NCBI GenBank assembly: GCA_963675495.1
Contig: OY776215.1
Coordinates: forward strand, 768,001-832,000
Length of the DNA: 64,000 bases
DNA from: an uncultured Methanolobus sp.
GTDB lineage: Archaea > Halobacteriota > Methanosarcinia > Methanosarcinales > Methanosarcinaceae
Reading direction: 5' to 3'
Position numbers and translations under genes: made by a program. Below the pieces are notes generated by a model that searched no databases, was not told where the DNA came from, and worked only from the letters and a program-made list of their open reading frames with translations. Positions within the stretch are counted from its first letter, which is position 1. The number at the start of each line of letters is the position of its first letter. This document shows, one piece after another, positions 10,901 through 21,627 of the stretch.

Positions 10901-11398
10901 TCACTCGTCTTTGATTTCAGGTTTAAGTAAACATACGGGCTGATTCTTCAGTTTTCCTTTGGGATCTGTCATTCCGATCATCATAGGGTCAGCACCTGGT
11001 CCACGTTTAGCATAATCGCTTACAGTCTGCCTCCTTGGAATGAAATTACCTTCCCGGAATTCAAATGATACAGGAAGAACTCGCTCGCAAACGTCCCTTA
11101 CACGCCCTTTTGCATCAGCGTCAACAACTTCCATTCGAATGCTACCAACACTTACAGCAAGTTCTATCGCCTGACCTGCGACTTCGATAACAGTGTTCCC
11201 GGAATGATGCACGGGTAATCCAGTTGCAGGTCCGTATGGAACGGTCTGTGGAAGTCGGGGGCCATGAATGAATAGCCTTATGATGCCTTCAATTTCAGCC
11301 ATCTCACTGAGTAATGATTGGGCTGTTTCGGGATTCAACAGCCTTGAAGGAAATATTTCAAGCTGCACAATATTTGCGTCGGGGAAAGCTTCGGACAT
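10901..11398 (-). CDS. mcrD: MCR operon protein D
   Basis: EIFPSRLL, HGPRLP..VPYGPA and TVSDYAK motifs; start MSEAF at 11398 preferred over 11416. Confidence 0.95.
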   Translation of the reverse strand: MSEAFPDANIVQLEIFPSRLLNPETAQSLLSEMAEIEGIIRLFIHGPRLPQTVPYGPATGLPVHHSGNTVIEVAGQAIELAVSVGSIRMEVVDADAKGRVRDVCERVLPVSFEFREGNFIPRRQTVSDYAKRGPGADPMMIGMTDPKGKLKNQPVCLLKPEIKDE

Positions 11399-11448
11399 TT
11401 TTGCTACCTTTTTCATTTAATGTGATATTTAAGGAGGGAGATTTAGTC

Positions 11449-12753
11449 TTAGAGCGCACCTGCCACTGCTTTGATTGGTTCCTTGAACTCTGGAATGGAT
11501 CCAAATACGTTACCGACAAGTGATGATGTCTTCTCAACTGTTGACATCTGTGTGCCTGCATCAAGTGAGACTGCTGCACATACACAAGGAATTGCAAAAC
11601 CTCTTGAGTGTCTGGTTACAACGTGGTTACCGTTGAAGATACCCGGTCCACCGCCACCATAGATGGAGTGACTGAAGAATGAGAATCCTACTGCAGTACC
11701 CTGAGCTCTACCCATGTCACAGCCTGGAAGACCTGTTTCCTTCTCAATGATATCATTGAAGTAGAGGATGGTTGAGGATACGTTCTGAGCTGCCCTACCA
11801 GCACCAACGTTTACCATGGTTGCTGCAAGCTGACCTGCTGCTGCACATGCATTCCACATGGAAACATCGTTTGCCTTGTAGAAGTTGTATCCGGATGGTG
11901 CAGTCTTGTCTACGGAGATGATACCTGCTTCAAGTGCTCTGTCAACAGTTGACTGGATTACTGAGCCGATTGTACCGTCCTTACCGTTCTCTTTTACGAT
12001 GTCATAAACGTAGTTGCCTGCGTTAAGACCCTGATATGCAAGACCAAGTAACTGGTGTCTCTCGAAAGGACCTACCGCGTTACCCATCTCGTACATACCT
12101 ACCTGCTCGAATATGGCTGAGAGTGCTGCTGCATTCATTGCCTTCTTGCCGGTAATTGCTGCTACGTGGTTTGTTGTGATGTTCCTCAGTGAGTAACCAA
12201 GACCTTCGTTGTTCTGTGGGATACTGAGAATGGATGCGATGTTTGCGCCTTTCATGTCCATTGTCTGTGGGTAGCTTCCCCATACAGCGGACTTTACTAT
12301 TGGTGCATCGAACATGTCAGTGTTGAACATGTCAATGATTGTCTGAACTACTGCTGCACCGGTTACGGTACTTCCGGATACGTAGTCAGCACCGATCTGT
12401 GTCCTTACGCTTGGGATCTGGACTATCAGCTGCTTTCCGCCACCAAGTTCCTTTACATTGGTGTCGTCATCGTCGCTCACGCTTACGAGTTTCTTTACTG
12501 CGTCCATGATCGCACCGGAATTGCCTACAATATCGTAGTCAAGTTCCCTACCAAGGATCTGCTTTTTTGCTCCACCCATAGCACCGGTTTTCAGTGATTT
12601 CTCGATACCTGCGAGATTTACTGCAACAGTCCTCTTGGTGTCTTTAATGATATTTTGAATCGCTGCATTTCTGGTTGGCGCGATAGCTAAAAGATCAACG
12701 CCACTTTCCAACAGTTTACCTCTGTCGTCGTAAATGTCTATTGTGTCAGACAC
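11449..12753 (-). CDS. mcrB: Methyl-coenzyme M reductase beta subunit
   Basis: [15 protein letters not shown] and HVVTRHSRG motifs; GTG start after AGGAGG. Confidence 0.99.
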   Translation of the reverse strand: MSDTIDIYDDRGKLLESGVDLLAIAPTRNAAIQNIIKDTKRTVAVNLAGIEKSLKTGAMGGAKKQILGRELDYDIVGNSGAIMDAVKKLVSVSDDDDTNVKELGGGKQLIVQIPSVRTQIGADYVSGSTVTGAAVVQTIIDMFNTDMFDAPIVKSAVWGSYPQTMDMKGANIASILSIPQNNEGLGYSLRNITTNHVAAITGKKAMNAAALSAIFEQVGMYEMGNAVGPFERHQLLGLAYQGLNAGNYVYDIVKENGKDGTIGSVIQSTVDRALEAGIISVDKTAPSGYNFYKANDVSMWNACAAAGQLAATMVNVGAGRAAQNVSSTILYFNDIIEKETGLPGCDMGRAQGTAVGFSFFSHSIYGGGGPGIFNGNHVVTRHSRGFAIPCVCAAVSLDAGTQMSTVEKTSSLVGNVFGSIPEFKEPIKAVAGAL

Positions 12754-12899
12754 GAATATTTTCCTCCTATGTTTCTATTCAGAAATCGCCCATTTGGAAA
12801 CGTACAGATTAACGAATAAAATTTAATTACTCTGTACCACACAGTAATTTCTGTACGGAAATCTTCCATTGGGAATTCTCGGATTTATTAAGCAACAAT

Positions 12900-12918
12900 G
12901 ACGTTTAAACCTTTTGCA
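12900..12918 (-). promoter_or_regulatory. mcr promoter (BRE + TATA)
   Basis: Minus strand reads GCAAAAGG-TTTAAACG, about 150 bp upstream of mcrB. Confidence 0.6.
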
Positions 12919-13080
12919 TCATTTTGGAACAATTTCGCAATCATCAAACGCAAGTAAAAAGGGTCAATGAAAATAATTGAGTATGTGTCCAATAAAAATG
13001 TAAGGAGATTATATTTAGGATAAGATAATTTCAGACCAAATACCAAAATGATATCTGGAAGAAGTTATACAATGATCATC

Positions 13081-13097
13081 CACAAACCTTTAAGTAC
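13081..13097 (+). promoter_or_regulatory. mmp10 promoter (BRE/TATA), short leader
   Basis: CACAAACC-TTTAAGTA about 25-30 bp before ATG 13121. Confidence 0.5.
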
Positions 13098-13120
13098 CTA
13101 TATAGTAAGTAATTCGTTCT

Positions 13121-14356
13121 ATGGAGATCACCGCTGACGTAGGAGGCAATCCGGGAATTGATTGCAAAGGATTCTGTACCTATTGTTATTTTAAAAAAGT
13201 GAAAGAAAATCCCCCTTTCGGATGTAAATATTGCCTTCCCTTCAAAAAAGGATGTGACTACTGCACCAGAGGAATAAGGGAAGCCTATTCAGGTTTCAAA
13301 CCTGGACAATATGTGTTTCAGGAAGTTTACCAGAAACTTATGATGAACTCCGAGGATGTCGATAAGATAACCATAAGTGGTGGCGGGGATGTGAGTTGTT
13401 ATCCCGATCTCATGGAACTTGTCGCCAACCTGGCACAATTCGAATTACCCATTCACCTGGGCTATACAAGCGGGAAAGGATTCAGCAAAGGAGATGAAGC
13501 TGAATTTTTTATAGAATACGGAGTGACAGAAGTTTCATTCACCGTATTTGCAACTGACCCGGAACTTAGAAGGGAATATATGCGAGACCCTGAGCCTGAA
13601 GCCGCGCTTAAGGTACTGCGTCAGTTCTGCCAGCATTGTGACGTATATGCTGCAATTGTCCTTATCTCCGGAGTCAATGATGGAGAAATACTCGAAAAAA
13701 CATTGACCGACCTTGAAGAAATGGGAGCAAAGGGAGTGATACTCATGCGCTTTGCCAACAAGACTGAAGAAGGGCTCATACTTAACAATGCACCGGTCAT
13801 GGAAGGTATTGAAACACACAGCATAGATGAGTTCACACAAATTGTTCGTGATGCTGCTTCAAAACACGATCTGCGCATCACAGGAACACCACTCGAAGAC
13901 CCACTCATCGGCTCGCCATACGCCATACGCAATGAAAAGGAAGCTCTTGCCAAACTTCCTGAGCTAAGAAAAGATGCTACGGTACTTTCCAGCAGGGCTT
14001 CTGAGCAAAGACTTCAGGAAATTTTCACAAAACTTGGAAGCGATGTCAATGTCGTTGCAGTTGACAAAGACATTGGTTGCCTCATCACTATTGAAGATCT
14101 GGAAAAGCTAGACCTGAAAAATGTAAAGGAAACTGTCGTAATACCAGGAAGAGCATTCGTACATGACCCGGAAGCAACAACAGCGCTTTCCAGGGACGGA
14201 ATCTCACGATTTGTCCGTAGGGGACCTGAAATGCTTACATATGACGGTGAAATGTCAATAAGCCATTCAAAAGAAGAGGTTCTTGAATTTGAAATAGAAC
14301 AACTAACAGAGCTCATACATGGAATTAATGCCATTGGAATGCCTTTGAAAGAGTGA
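13121..14356 (+). CDS. mmp10: MCR arginine C-methyltransferase (radical SAM, methanogenesis marker 10)
   Basis: CKGFCTYC radical SAM motif plus CKYC...CDYC; divergent from mcrB as in Methanosarcinales. Confidence 0.95.
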   Translation: MEITADVGGNPGIDCKGFCTYCYFKKVKENPPFGCKYCLPFKKGCDYCTRGIREAYSGFKPGQYVFQEVYQKLMMNSEDVDKITISGGGDVSCYPDLMELVANLAQFELPIHLGYTSGKGFSKGDEAEFFIEYGVTEVSFTVFATDPELRREYMRDPEPEAALKVLRQFCQHCDVYAAIVLISGVNDGEILEKTLTDLEEMGAKGVILMRFANKTEEGLILNNAPVMEGIETHSIDEFTQIVRDAASKHDLRITGTPLEDPLIGSPYAIRNEKEALAKLPELRKDATVLSSRASEQRLQEIFTKLGSDVNVVAVDKDIGCLITIEDLEKLDLKNVKETVVIPGRAFVHDPEATTALSRDGISRFVRRGPEMLTYDGEMSISHSKEEVLEFEIEQLTELIHGINAIGMPLKE

Positions 14357-14399
14357 ACATTGGAAATGAGCAAAAAGATAATAGAAAACTGTAGACGGG

Positions 14400-17300
14400 C
14401 TACATGAACTCCATTAGCCCTGTCTGCTTCGAGCGATCATTCTCAAAAAGGGATTTCATATCCAAACCGATTATCTCAATTCTTTGTTTCGTATAACTCG
14501 AAACATTGTAATCATGGGCTACTTTCTTTGAGACTTCAAGGTATTTCTTCACTGAGCCTTCATGAACTGTTAATATTACACTCCCGCCACATTTCGGACA
14601 AACGCCTGTGAGTGGCGGCCTGCGGAATTTTGCAGCACATTTAAGGCACCTTGTACTCTGACGGGAGAATGCCCTGAGATTGCCGAACATGTCCGGCAGG
14701 AAATGGGATATAAGCACCCTCTCAGCCACATTGGAAGCATCCACCGCACGTATCTTATCTGCCAGTGCAAGCTGGGCATCCATCTTCTCCACCATGCTCC
14801 CAAGGGTCTTGTAGGCACTGTGAAGAGGACCTGATGCGATATCGTTGGTATGGTGAGTGAACATAAAATGATCATATTGCTCAGGAGTACCAAGCCTGCG
14901 GCTTATAAGGTCAATTTTCCCCTCTAATTCTTTGGGATTTGTATATTCGAGGGTCGCTTCGTAGAACTCAAGAGGATAATGATCACATACATCAATATTA
15001 TGAGCTTCCTTGTCAACCTCACTTGGATCTATGCGTGTTGTAAGAACAAGTGGTGCATCCATTTTTCCACCTCTTTTTTCAGGCAGGTAATCCCTTGAGA
15101 AATTGATAAGGCCATCCATCAACAGCATAACACAATCCTCATCACCATCACAGTTTCTTCTTTTTGCCGCATGGAAGAACGGATGTGCATAACCCACTGA
15201 TGCTTTGGTAAAACCTACAAGTCTCCCAAGAACACCAGCTGATGTATGCGGCGCAAGACCCATGAGCATTACACCTACAAGATCATCAATTGTCTTTGCT
15301 TTGTAGTAAGGTTCCTCATGATAGTATTTCACAAGCAGGTCATCGATGTACTGGGTAGTACGTAGAAGATATTCACCACAATCGTATGAAACTACGAGAT
15401 CCTGCACTTTAAGGCAGACTACCTGATCATCTGTTTCCAGAGGTTTTCCGTATATATCCTCGGTGTATCCCAGTTTCTTAAGTTTCTCAACTGTGATACT
15501 AAGTTCATCGGCACGGATATGTGTAAGCGGAATGTCGGACATATCATATCTGACAGTCCCATCCTTGAAAGTGAAAAGATCATGTTTCGCCCGCAAGATT
15601 CCTTTTTCGAGAGGTTCGGGAGTCATTGTCCCTGACATCATGCGCTTGACACCTTTTACTTCGATATTAGTATCCCTTTCACCAATGTTTTCAAAAGCAT
15701 TCTGGTAGACCTCTTTGAAATCGATATTCTGCATCTTCACGCATGTGGTCTTTGAACCACATTTTGGGCATTTCTCCTTTTGCACCGATATACCACAACG
15801 CGGACATGATAATTTAGGAACTGTGAACTCGCCACAGTCACACCGATACCAGAACGTATCCTTCCCACATGCCGGGCACGCGCGATTACCAATTTCAACC
15901 CGGATCTGCCCGACCTTCCCATTCATAGAAGACATGTAACCTGCAGCAGCTTCCATTTTCCGGGTATTTCCGGCAGAATCCCCTATCGGGAACAATACAT
16001 GAGGAGCAGGAGACATCTTTCTCTTATTTGATTTTTCCGGACGCCCCATCCTTGCACCTATCCTCACAGGTGCACGTGCACGCACGATCAGACCACTCAC
16101 TTCATTGACAGCTCCCAGAGTATCTGTGGATTCAACAGTAGTCCACTTCTTATTCAGGTCTCTGTCAAGACCCAGACATCTGACAAAAGGCAGAGGCATA
16201 TCAATAATGATCTTTCCTTCATAAACCCTATGCAGAACAAGCAAATGCTCAAGAAGGACTTTAATCCCATTGTCAGTACTTTTATCCAATGGAAGTTCAA
16301 GACTTGTCCCATCACCGGAAAGGGCACCATTCTCTGATACGAATAAGACAAGTGTAGTAAATTCATCAATTGTGATATCATGCCAGAGATATGTATATGC
16401 AGGATGCAGAGGAACACTATATTTGCCACATAGTTCCAGTACAAGTTCCTGAGAAGGTAATTCAAGCTCACTTTGGGAATATGACGCATTAGGAACTTGT
16501 TTCTCAAACTCCTGGATCCACCATTCAAAACAGTATGAAGATGGTACAAGAGGATGATTGTTCTCAAGGAAATCCCCATAATTTATCAATATCTCACCGA
16601 TATCCAGTATGCACTCAACCTCAGGATGTATCTGAATCGCATGCTCCTCGTCGTCCACCCGGATGACATCACCAGACATGAGTCTTACAGTGGGACCTTC
16701 TATACTATCTACCGGCGCCATTCCGGCAGCTTTCCCGGGACGCTCGACCTTAAGCTGCGTGCCGGAAACGATAAAACTATCCATTATATACATACTGGCA
16801 GGGCTTATACCGGCGGCTGCGAAGGATGTGTTTCTTGACCGCCCATACCTTAACCTGAACCCACCTGGCCGCATTGGATGGGAGAATACCGGCCTGCCTG
16901 CTATCAGGTCACGCAAGTATTTGTCTTTTGGTTTTACACCGACAAAACCACCATCATCGTCATCATCACCACTCTTTGCTCCGGCTATGAGTGTATTCAG
17001 CCAGTCCCACCCATCCATCTCGAGCTTGTTTACGTGTTTCAAAACCTTCGGAGCTTTCAGGGCCAGACCTTCTGCAAGCACAAGACACATACCACCACGT
17101 ACTCTGTTGGTCTCTATCCTGTCAAGGTTCCTGTAACCTTCAACCTCTTCAGCTTCCGTGGGTTCCCCGTCGATACATATGGGACAATTGTCCACTATAA
17201 GCCGTATCTCATCTTCCGAAGGAGTGTACTGCAAGGTTGCAACTCGTCTGTAAAGCAGGATCTCCTCGACATATCTTTCAACTTCCTCCTTGCGAGGCTT

Positions 17301-17825
17301 GAACCTGTCAATACCAACTGCACGGCGCACGTAGTCACCTACAAGTACGGAAAGTGCCTGGGCCGTACCGCCTGCACTACGTATGGGACCAGAGTAAAAT
17401 ATCCTGATGAACTCGCTGCCATCATCATTTTTGCCAAGGGTTACCTTGTCTATCCCCTCTATCGGTGCAGCGACCACACCTTCTGTGAGCATTGCAACGG
17501 ACACACGTATAGCAGCCTCTATTGCAGCCTCTTTTGATTCAAATTCCCCTACTGCACCCTCAGCAACGGCTTTGCCTATTGCAAGGGCACCTTCCTCACG
17601 AGACATGGTCTCTTCGTACTTGCGTATCTCCTCTGCAACACCTTTCACACCAATGAGATTTTCCACCCTGTCTGCAAGGTCTTTTGCAAGAGGGATCTCA
17701 ACATTCGGTTTTGGATCTCTCCCTTTTGAGCGTGCGCTGTTCGCAATCTCTATCTCACTATGAAGCTTGGATTCAAGCTCCTCAAAATAATCCCTCATAG
17801 AATCGCTAACTACTATTTCACCCAT
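14400..17825 (-). CDS. polC: DNA polymerase D large subunit DP2 (no intein)
   Basis: GPIRSAGGT and [14 protein letters not shown] catalytic motif, zinc fingers, C-terminal PIP box QTGLMEF. Confidence 0.98.
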   Translation of the reverse strand: MGEIVVSDSMRDYFEELESKLHSEIEIANSARSKGRDPKPNVEIPLAKDLADRVENLIGVKGVAEEIRKYEETMSREEGALAIGKAVAEGAVGEFESKEAAIEAAIRVSVAMLTEGVVAAPIEGIDKVTLGKNDDGSEFIRIFYSGPIRSAGGTAQALSVLVGDYVRRAVGIDRFKPRKEEVERYVEEILLYRRVATLQYTPSEDEIRLIVDNCPICIDGEPTEAEEVEGYRNLDRIETNRVRGGMCLVLAEGLALKAPKVLKHVNKLEMDGWDWLNTLIAGAKSGDDDDDGGFVGVKPKDKYLRDLIAGRPVFSHPMRPGGFRLRYGRSRNTSFAAAGISPASMYIMDSFIVSGTQLKVERPGKAAGMAPVDSIEGPTVRLMSGDVIRVDDEEHAIQIHPEVECILDIGEILINYGDFLENNHPLVPSSYCFEWWIQEFEKQVPNASYSQSELELPSQELVLELCGKYSVPLHPAYTYLWHDITIDEFTTLVLFVSENGALSGDGTSLELPLDKSTDNGIKVLLEHLLVLHRVYEGKIIIDMPLPFVRCLGLDRDLNKKWTTVESTDTLGAVNEVSGLIVRARAPVRIGARMGRPEKSNKRKMSPAPHVLFPIGDSAGNTRKMEAAAGYMSSMNGKVGQIRVEIGNRACPACGKDTFWYRCDCGEFTVPKLSCPRCGISVQKEKCPKCGSKTTCVKMQNIDFKEVYQNAFENIGERDTNIEVKGVKRMMSGTMTPEPLEKGILRAKHDLFTFKDGTVRYDMSDIPLTHIRADELSITVEKLKKLGYTEDIYGKPLETDDQVVCLKVQDLVVSYDCGEYLLRTTQYIDDLLVKYYHEEPYYKAKTIDDLVGVMLMGLAPHTSAGVLGRLVGFTKASVGYAHPFFHAAKRRNCDGDEDCVMLLMDGLINFSRDYLPEKRGGKMDAPLVLTTRIDPSEVDKEAHNIDVCDHYPLEFYEATLEYTNPKELEGKIDLISRRLGTPEQYDHFMFTHHTNDIASGPLHSAYKTLGSMVEKMDAQLALADKIRAVDASNVAERVLISHFLPDMFGNLRAFSRQSTRCLKCAAKFRRPPLTGVCPKCGGSVILTVHEGSVKKYLEVSKKVAHDYNVSSYTKQRIEIIGLDMKSLFENDRSKQTGLMEFM

Positions 17826-17971
17826 TCAGAACAGACCTCGATAAATTTGCACTTATGCGCTTGTCATTAAAAGTTGTTTTCCTGCATTTAGTGTGCGCGT
17901 CATAACTTAATATATTAAAGTACAAATTACTTATTAATTAAACTAGATTATAAACCTTAGGAGGGATGTAG

Positions 17972-18433
17972 ATGAAAAAGCAAATGGTCATGTTGATGCT
18001 AGTGCTTACTGTGCTTCTACCGGTGGCCAGTGCAGACGTAGTCAGTGACATTAATCTCAAAGTCAATGAATACAATCAAAATGCAGACAAGGTACCGTTT
18101 TTTCTAAAAAGTCTTTTGGGCGATGAAGTTATCAAACTTGTAATAGTGACAAACGACGGTGAAGAGGTATACGTCAAAGCAGTCACTGAAGACGCATACA
18201 TCACCATCTTTGGAGAAATTGACAAGGACGAGGAAATTGGTGAAACGATAGTCGTAGGAACCAGCGAAGACACTGTCCAAAACATACTTAATTCAGATGA
18301 TCCACTTGGAACTTTCCTTGACGCAAAAGAAAATGATGAGATCGTAATTGAACCCATAGGCTTTGTGAACAATGTCACATTTGCCGTGGCAAATGTGCTA
18401 CTGAAATTGTCACAGGTTCTTGGATTGACATAA
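17972..18433 (+). CDS. Hypothetical secreted protein
   Basis: GGAGG RBS and signal peptide MKKQMVMLMLVLTVLLPVASA. Confidence 0.75.
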   Translation: MKKQMVMLMLVLTVLLPVASADVVSDINLKVNEYNQNADKVPFFLKSLLGDEVIKLVIVTNDGEEVYVKAVTEDAYITIFGEIDKDEEIGETIVVGTSEDTVQNILNSDDPLGTFLDAKENDEIVIEPIGFVNNVTFAVANVLLKLSQVLGLT

Positions 18434-18486
18434 TGTCAAAATAACTAAAATATATATACAAATATATAGATATTCAGTAACTAAGG

Positions 18487-18714
18487 TCAGCGAATATCCA
18501 GTTCACTGGCCATTTCTTTATACGATCGACCTTTATCGGTCGTAATGAACATATTTCCTTTTTGTTCAATAAGCTGCTTTTCCGCCAATCTCGAAAGATA
18601 TTTGTTCGCAATCGTGGAATTCAAATTCGCACCATATACGATCTGTGTCTTTTTTGCTCCATCCATAGCTATTTTCAATATGGCTATTGTAATATCCAAC
18701 CGACTTCTTCTGAT
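18487..18714 (-). CDS. Small winged-helix regulator (ArnR1/DUF4364-like)
   Basis: RRSRLDI...KTQIVYGANLN...YL..L...TTDKG pattern; start may be ATC 18714 (first canonical start is TTG 18699). Confidence 0.8.
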   Translation of the reverse strand: MRRSRLDITIAILKIAMDGAKKTQIVYGANLNSTIANKYLSRLAEKQLIEQKGNMFITTDKGRSYKEMASELDIR

Positions 18715-18960
18715 AGTAATGCCCCCACATTCTATTCATATAGTACCACTAAAACCAGTGATACATCTGTAAATAATAATATACCATTAACCTGTTAATT
18801 ATATCATCAACCACATATTTAAATTAATCGATATGTAATAATACTACGTAAATATGTTACTAAATAAATAACTAGAAGTATGCCAATAGATAATTAGACC
18901 ATTTGCAACAGTTAGATTTATAATAAATACGGCACTAGATGTATCGTTAAGCTCTCAAAT

Positions 18961-19007
18961 GCGGGAGCAAATAAGCAGTCAACGATAGTAGACTCAAGAT
19001 ATCCCGC
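18961..19007 (+). pseudogene. Degenerate, internally deleted tRNA-Leu(CAA) copy
   Basis: GCGGGAG..AAGCAGTCAACG..GACTCAAGAT aligns with the 5' half of the tRNA at 19040 and is followed directly by TCCCGC (acceptor 3' strand). Confidence 0.65.
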
Positions 19008-19039
19008 TAAAACTGAGCTAAACACACAAAATACACTGG

Positions 19040-19125
19040 GCGAGAGTAGCCAAGCGGTCAACGGCGATGGACTCAAGATCCATTTTCGCAGGAATTCGTG
19101 GGTTCGATTCCCCCCTCTCGCACCA
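19040..19125 (+). tRNA. tRNA-Leu(CAA)
   Basis: Acceptor GCGAGAG/CTCTCGC, anticodon arm ATGGA-CTCAAGA-TCCAT, long variable arm, TTCGA loop, encoded CCA. Confidence 0.95.
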
Positions 19126-19234
19126 TATTTTTTTGGGATATAGTTAACAACAAAAAACCGAACTTTTACTAAAATTTATAAGTAGGGTTTTTTGAAGAGT
19201 AACTTATTTAGCACTTGTAAATATATTTAAGAAT

Positions 19235-19708
19235 ATGTCTTGGGAACTTACATGTGATATTTGTGGTGACAATTTTAATGGGCTTGATCCAAATTTGCAA
19301 GCATGTCGCTCTTGCCAACATATTCTAAACAAATATAAGAAAAATAAAAGATATGATTATGTATCTGTAAGATTTGCATTACAAGAAGCGTTTTCTCACA
19401 AAGACTCTGACAATGTATATTTTATGTGTCAATACACAGGAATTATTAGTACATTTGATAAACAAAATAGCGCAATAGGTCATTTTAATGACCCTTTTGT
19501 ACTAACATTAGATCATTTATATTCTAAACAAGATTCGGTAGTTGTCTGTTTAAACCTCGTTAATAAAATGAAAGGTGATATTCCACCATCAGAATTTAAG
19601 TACATTGTAATAGCTTTGGGAGAACTCTTCAAAAGCGAGGATAAAGCAATCGCTTCTAAAGAGCTTGAGGATAAATTGAAGATAATATGTGCCATTTCTC
19701 AAGAGTAA
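19235..19708 (+). CDS. Zinc-finger HNH-like endonuclease
   Basis: CDIC..CRSC zinc ribbon; CQYTG, TLDH and VVCLNLVNKMKGD follow the HNH pattern. Confidence 0.7.
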   Translation: MSWELTCDICGDNFNGLDPNLQACRSCQHILNKYKKNKRYDYVSVRFALQEAFSHKDSDNVYFMCQYTGIISTFDKQNSAIGHFNDPFVLTLDHLYSKQDSVVVCLNLVNKMKGDIPPSEFKYIVIALGELFKSEDKAIASKELEDKLKIICAISQE

Positions 19709-19894
19709 CAACAAAAAAAGAAACTTCAACAAATAGTATATGAAGTGTTTTAATTCAAAAGAACAAAACTATTATTTTGTTCACTATATTTGTTCTTAAT
19801 AAATAATTTAAACTGATTAATTGAAGAAACATTAAATTGTAAAAAAGACGATAATCTGTAAAATAATATATAAAAGTTGAAACTATTTCTACTT

Positions 19895-21154
19895 ATGAGC
19901 GATTTTTCAGAATTCCTGCTGGATTATGGGGCACATGAAAAAGAAAATGTGGATAAATTTATTAAAAGACTAGATGAAGGGAAAGTTACACAAAATGAAA
20001 AATACCCTCCTAAAAATCGTTTCATTAAATTAAACGAACCAATTGCAGACCCATATGTAAATATTTGGAGTATGATTCCCTTTTACGGCTCAACATTAGT
20101 CAAATTAATGCCAAAGGACAATAGAAAATCTTTCGATGACAGTCATGAATGGTTGGGATTCAATTCTCGAAAAATTGACGAAATGATTGACTTTCAAAAA
20201 GATACTGGCAGAATACAATTTGTACTTACAGCACATCCTACTCTCTATGAAAACCTAGATTTCCTTGAACCTTTATTTACCGAAGTCAAACCTCCAGTTC
20301 TTCCATATGACACAGTGTCTATTGTTGGACAAGAATTGGATAAAAAGCATAAAATTGAGTTTGAAACATTAGCTGATTTCGGGTTTAATCAATTTGTAGA
20401 AGTTTCAACTAGACTTATGGGGAGTAGTAATCCAATATATATTTCTGCAAAATTAGATGATTACGCCAGTCGTTACAGTATCCTTAAAGCTAGTGGTTAT
20501 GAAGAATTAGCTGACGAAATAGGTACGTTAATGATTATTGACCCTGCAAAAGCACATATGTTTCTGATTTTGTTTGGTTTTTTGATAGCAAATCCTCAAA
20601 AATCGCTTCTAAAACCAATTTGCGCTTATGATAAAAGTTTCATTGATTCAGTTAATGATTATGGGAGCGAATACAATGTAATGGTCAATAATGAAGTGCC
20701 TTACGAAATTGGCAAATTCCTTTTGAACAAAATAGTACATTATCCTGAAACAATGGAAGGATGCAAGTCAATTATTCAGGAGTACGACGATCAGGAGCTA
20801 TACAAAATAATGGGTTCACTGAATGAAGGTGTAAAAAGAGAAGATATAGATAAAATCGAACAAAAAGAAAAAGACATATCTGATATTTTGGATAATGTTT
20901 GGAACGACGCTAATGTAATTAAAAAGAGGGCTGATGAAATTAAGTTTGGAATATCACTTAGTCTTGGCTTAATAGGTGGTGTTGCTGGCGGAATAGAAGG
21001 TTCAGGAATAATGTCATTTTTAGGTTATAATTTTTCAAATACAGTATGGGGGATGAAGGATGAGTCAATTTGCGAAAAAATGGCAAAATTTGCTACTCCA
21101 AACCACTTAGTATCAATATATGACTTTAAAAAGAAATATCCTTTAAATGATTGA
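19895..21154 (+). CDS. Hypothetical island cargo protein
   Basis: Long AT-rich ORF (TTG 19877 or ATG 19895) with a glycine-rich hydrophobic segment near the C terminus; no family recognised. Confidence 0.75.
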   Translation: MSDFSEFLLDYGAHEKENVDKFIKRLDEGKVTQNEKYPPKNRFIKLNEPIADPYVNIWSMIPFYGSTLVKLMPKDNRKSFDDSHEWLGFNSRKIDEMIDFQKDTGRIQFVLTAHPTLYENLDFLEPLFTEVKPPVLPYDTVSIVGQELDKKHKIEFETLADFGFNQFVEVSTRLMGSSNPIYISAKLDDYASRYSILKASGYEELADEIGTLMIIDPAKAHMFLILFGFLIANPQKSLLKPICAYDKSFIDSVNDYGSEYNVMVNNEVPYEIGKFLLNKIVHYPETMEGCKSIIQEYDDQELYKIMGSLNEGVKREDIDKIEQKEKDISDILDNVWNDANVIKKRADEIKFGISLSLGLIGGVAGGIEGSGIMSFLGYNFSNTVWGMKDESICEKMAKFATPNHLVSIYDFKKKYPLND

Positions 21155-21162
21155 GCGTTCTT

Positions 21163-21516
21163 TCATTTTAAACTAGCAAATAATTTCTTCACCGCCGGAG
21201 TATTCAAATTGAGATTTCCGTTCCTAATCCTTTGTTTGATTCCCTGAAACCTGCTCCTTGAAACTCCAAGAGCTTCCGCTTCAGATTGTGACATGCTAAG
21301 GATATTATCCATAATCTCTTGTTTGTTGATAAACTCCTGAGTTTTCTTCACATCAATAGCCTGTTCATCAATGTTATTGGCTTCCTTGCCTATGTAAACA
21401 GCAGAATCAGCCAGAACATGCTTTCTTTCCAAGATTCCAATATCTCCATCAAACTTAGATTCAAGATGACTGGCATATTCAATTATTGTCCTGCTAAGTT
21501 GCTTAAAATAATTCAT
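21163..21516 (-). pseudogene. C-terminal fragment of a casposon-type family B DNA polymerase
   Basis: YFKQLSRTIIEYASHLESKFDGDIGILERKHV..VYIGKEANNIDEQ plus an HTH-like tail resembles, from memory, the casposon PolB C terminus; catalytic domains are missing. Confidence 0.6.
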
Positions 21517-21627
21517 TCTTTCCTCACAAAATCCAAATGCTTATTTCCCCCAATCTCATTCATATTAACAACCGGAATAAAATAAATAATAAAAGAGTCT
21601 ATTATCGCGAAATTGTAGAATACTTTA

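Larger units (their letters stand above)
19135..21516. mobile_element. Probable decayed casposon (one TIR, HNH gene, cargo gene, PolB fragment) inserted at the tRNA-Leu 3' end
   Basis: GGGATATAGTTAACAACAAAAAACC begins right after CGCACCATATTTTTTT; AT-rich block; contains a PolB C-terminal-like fragment; no cas1 and no second TIR seen. Confidence 0.65.

Noticed and set aside
15130-15180. Intein in PolD DP2
   Set aside because: [14 protein letters not shown] is contiguous and the protein length is normal.
16663-17763. Long antisense ORFs over polC (and similar ones over topA, mcr and the fumarate hydratase genes)
   Set aside because: Shadow frames of well-conserved genes with no protein-like motifs.
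18998-19005. GATATCCC as the missing second casposon TIR
   Set aside because: It is on the wrong side of the tRNA, matches only 7 nt, and is better explained as part of the tRNA relic.
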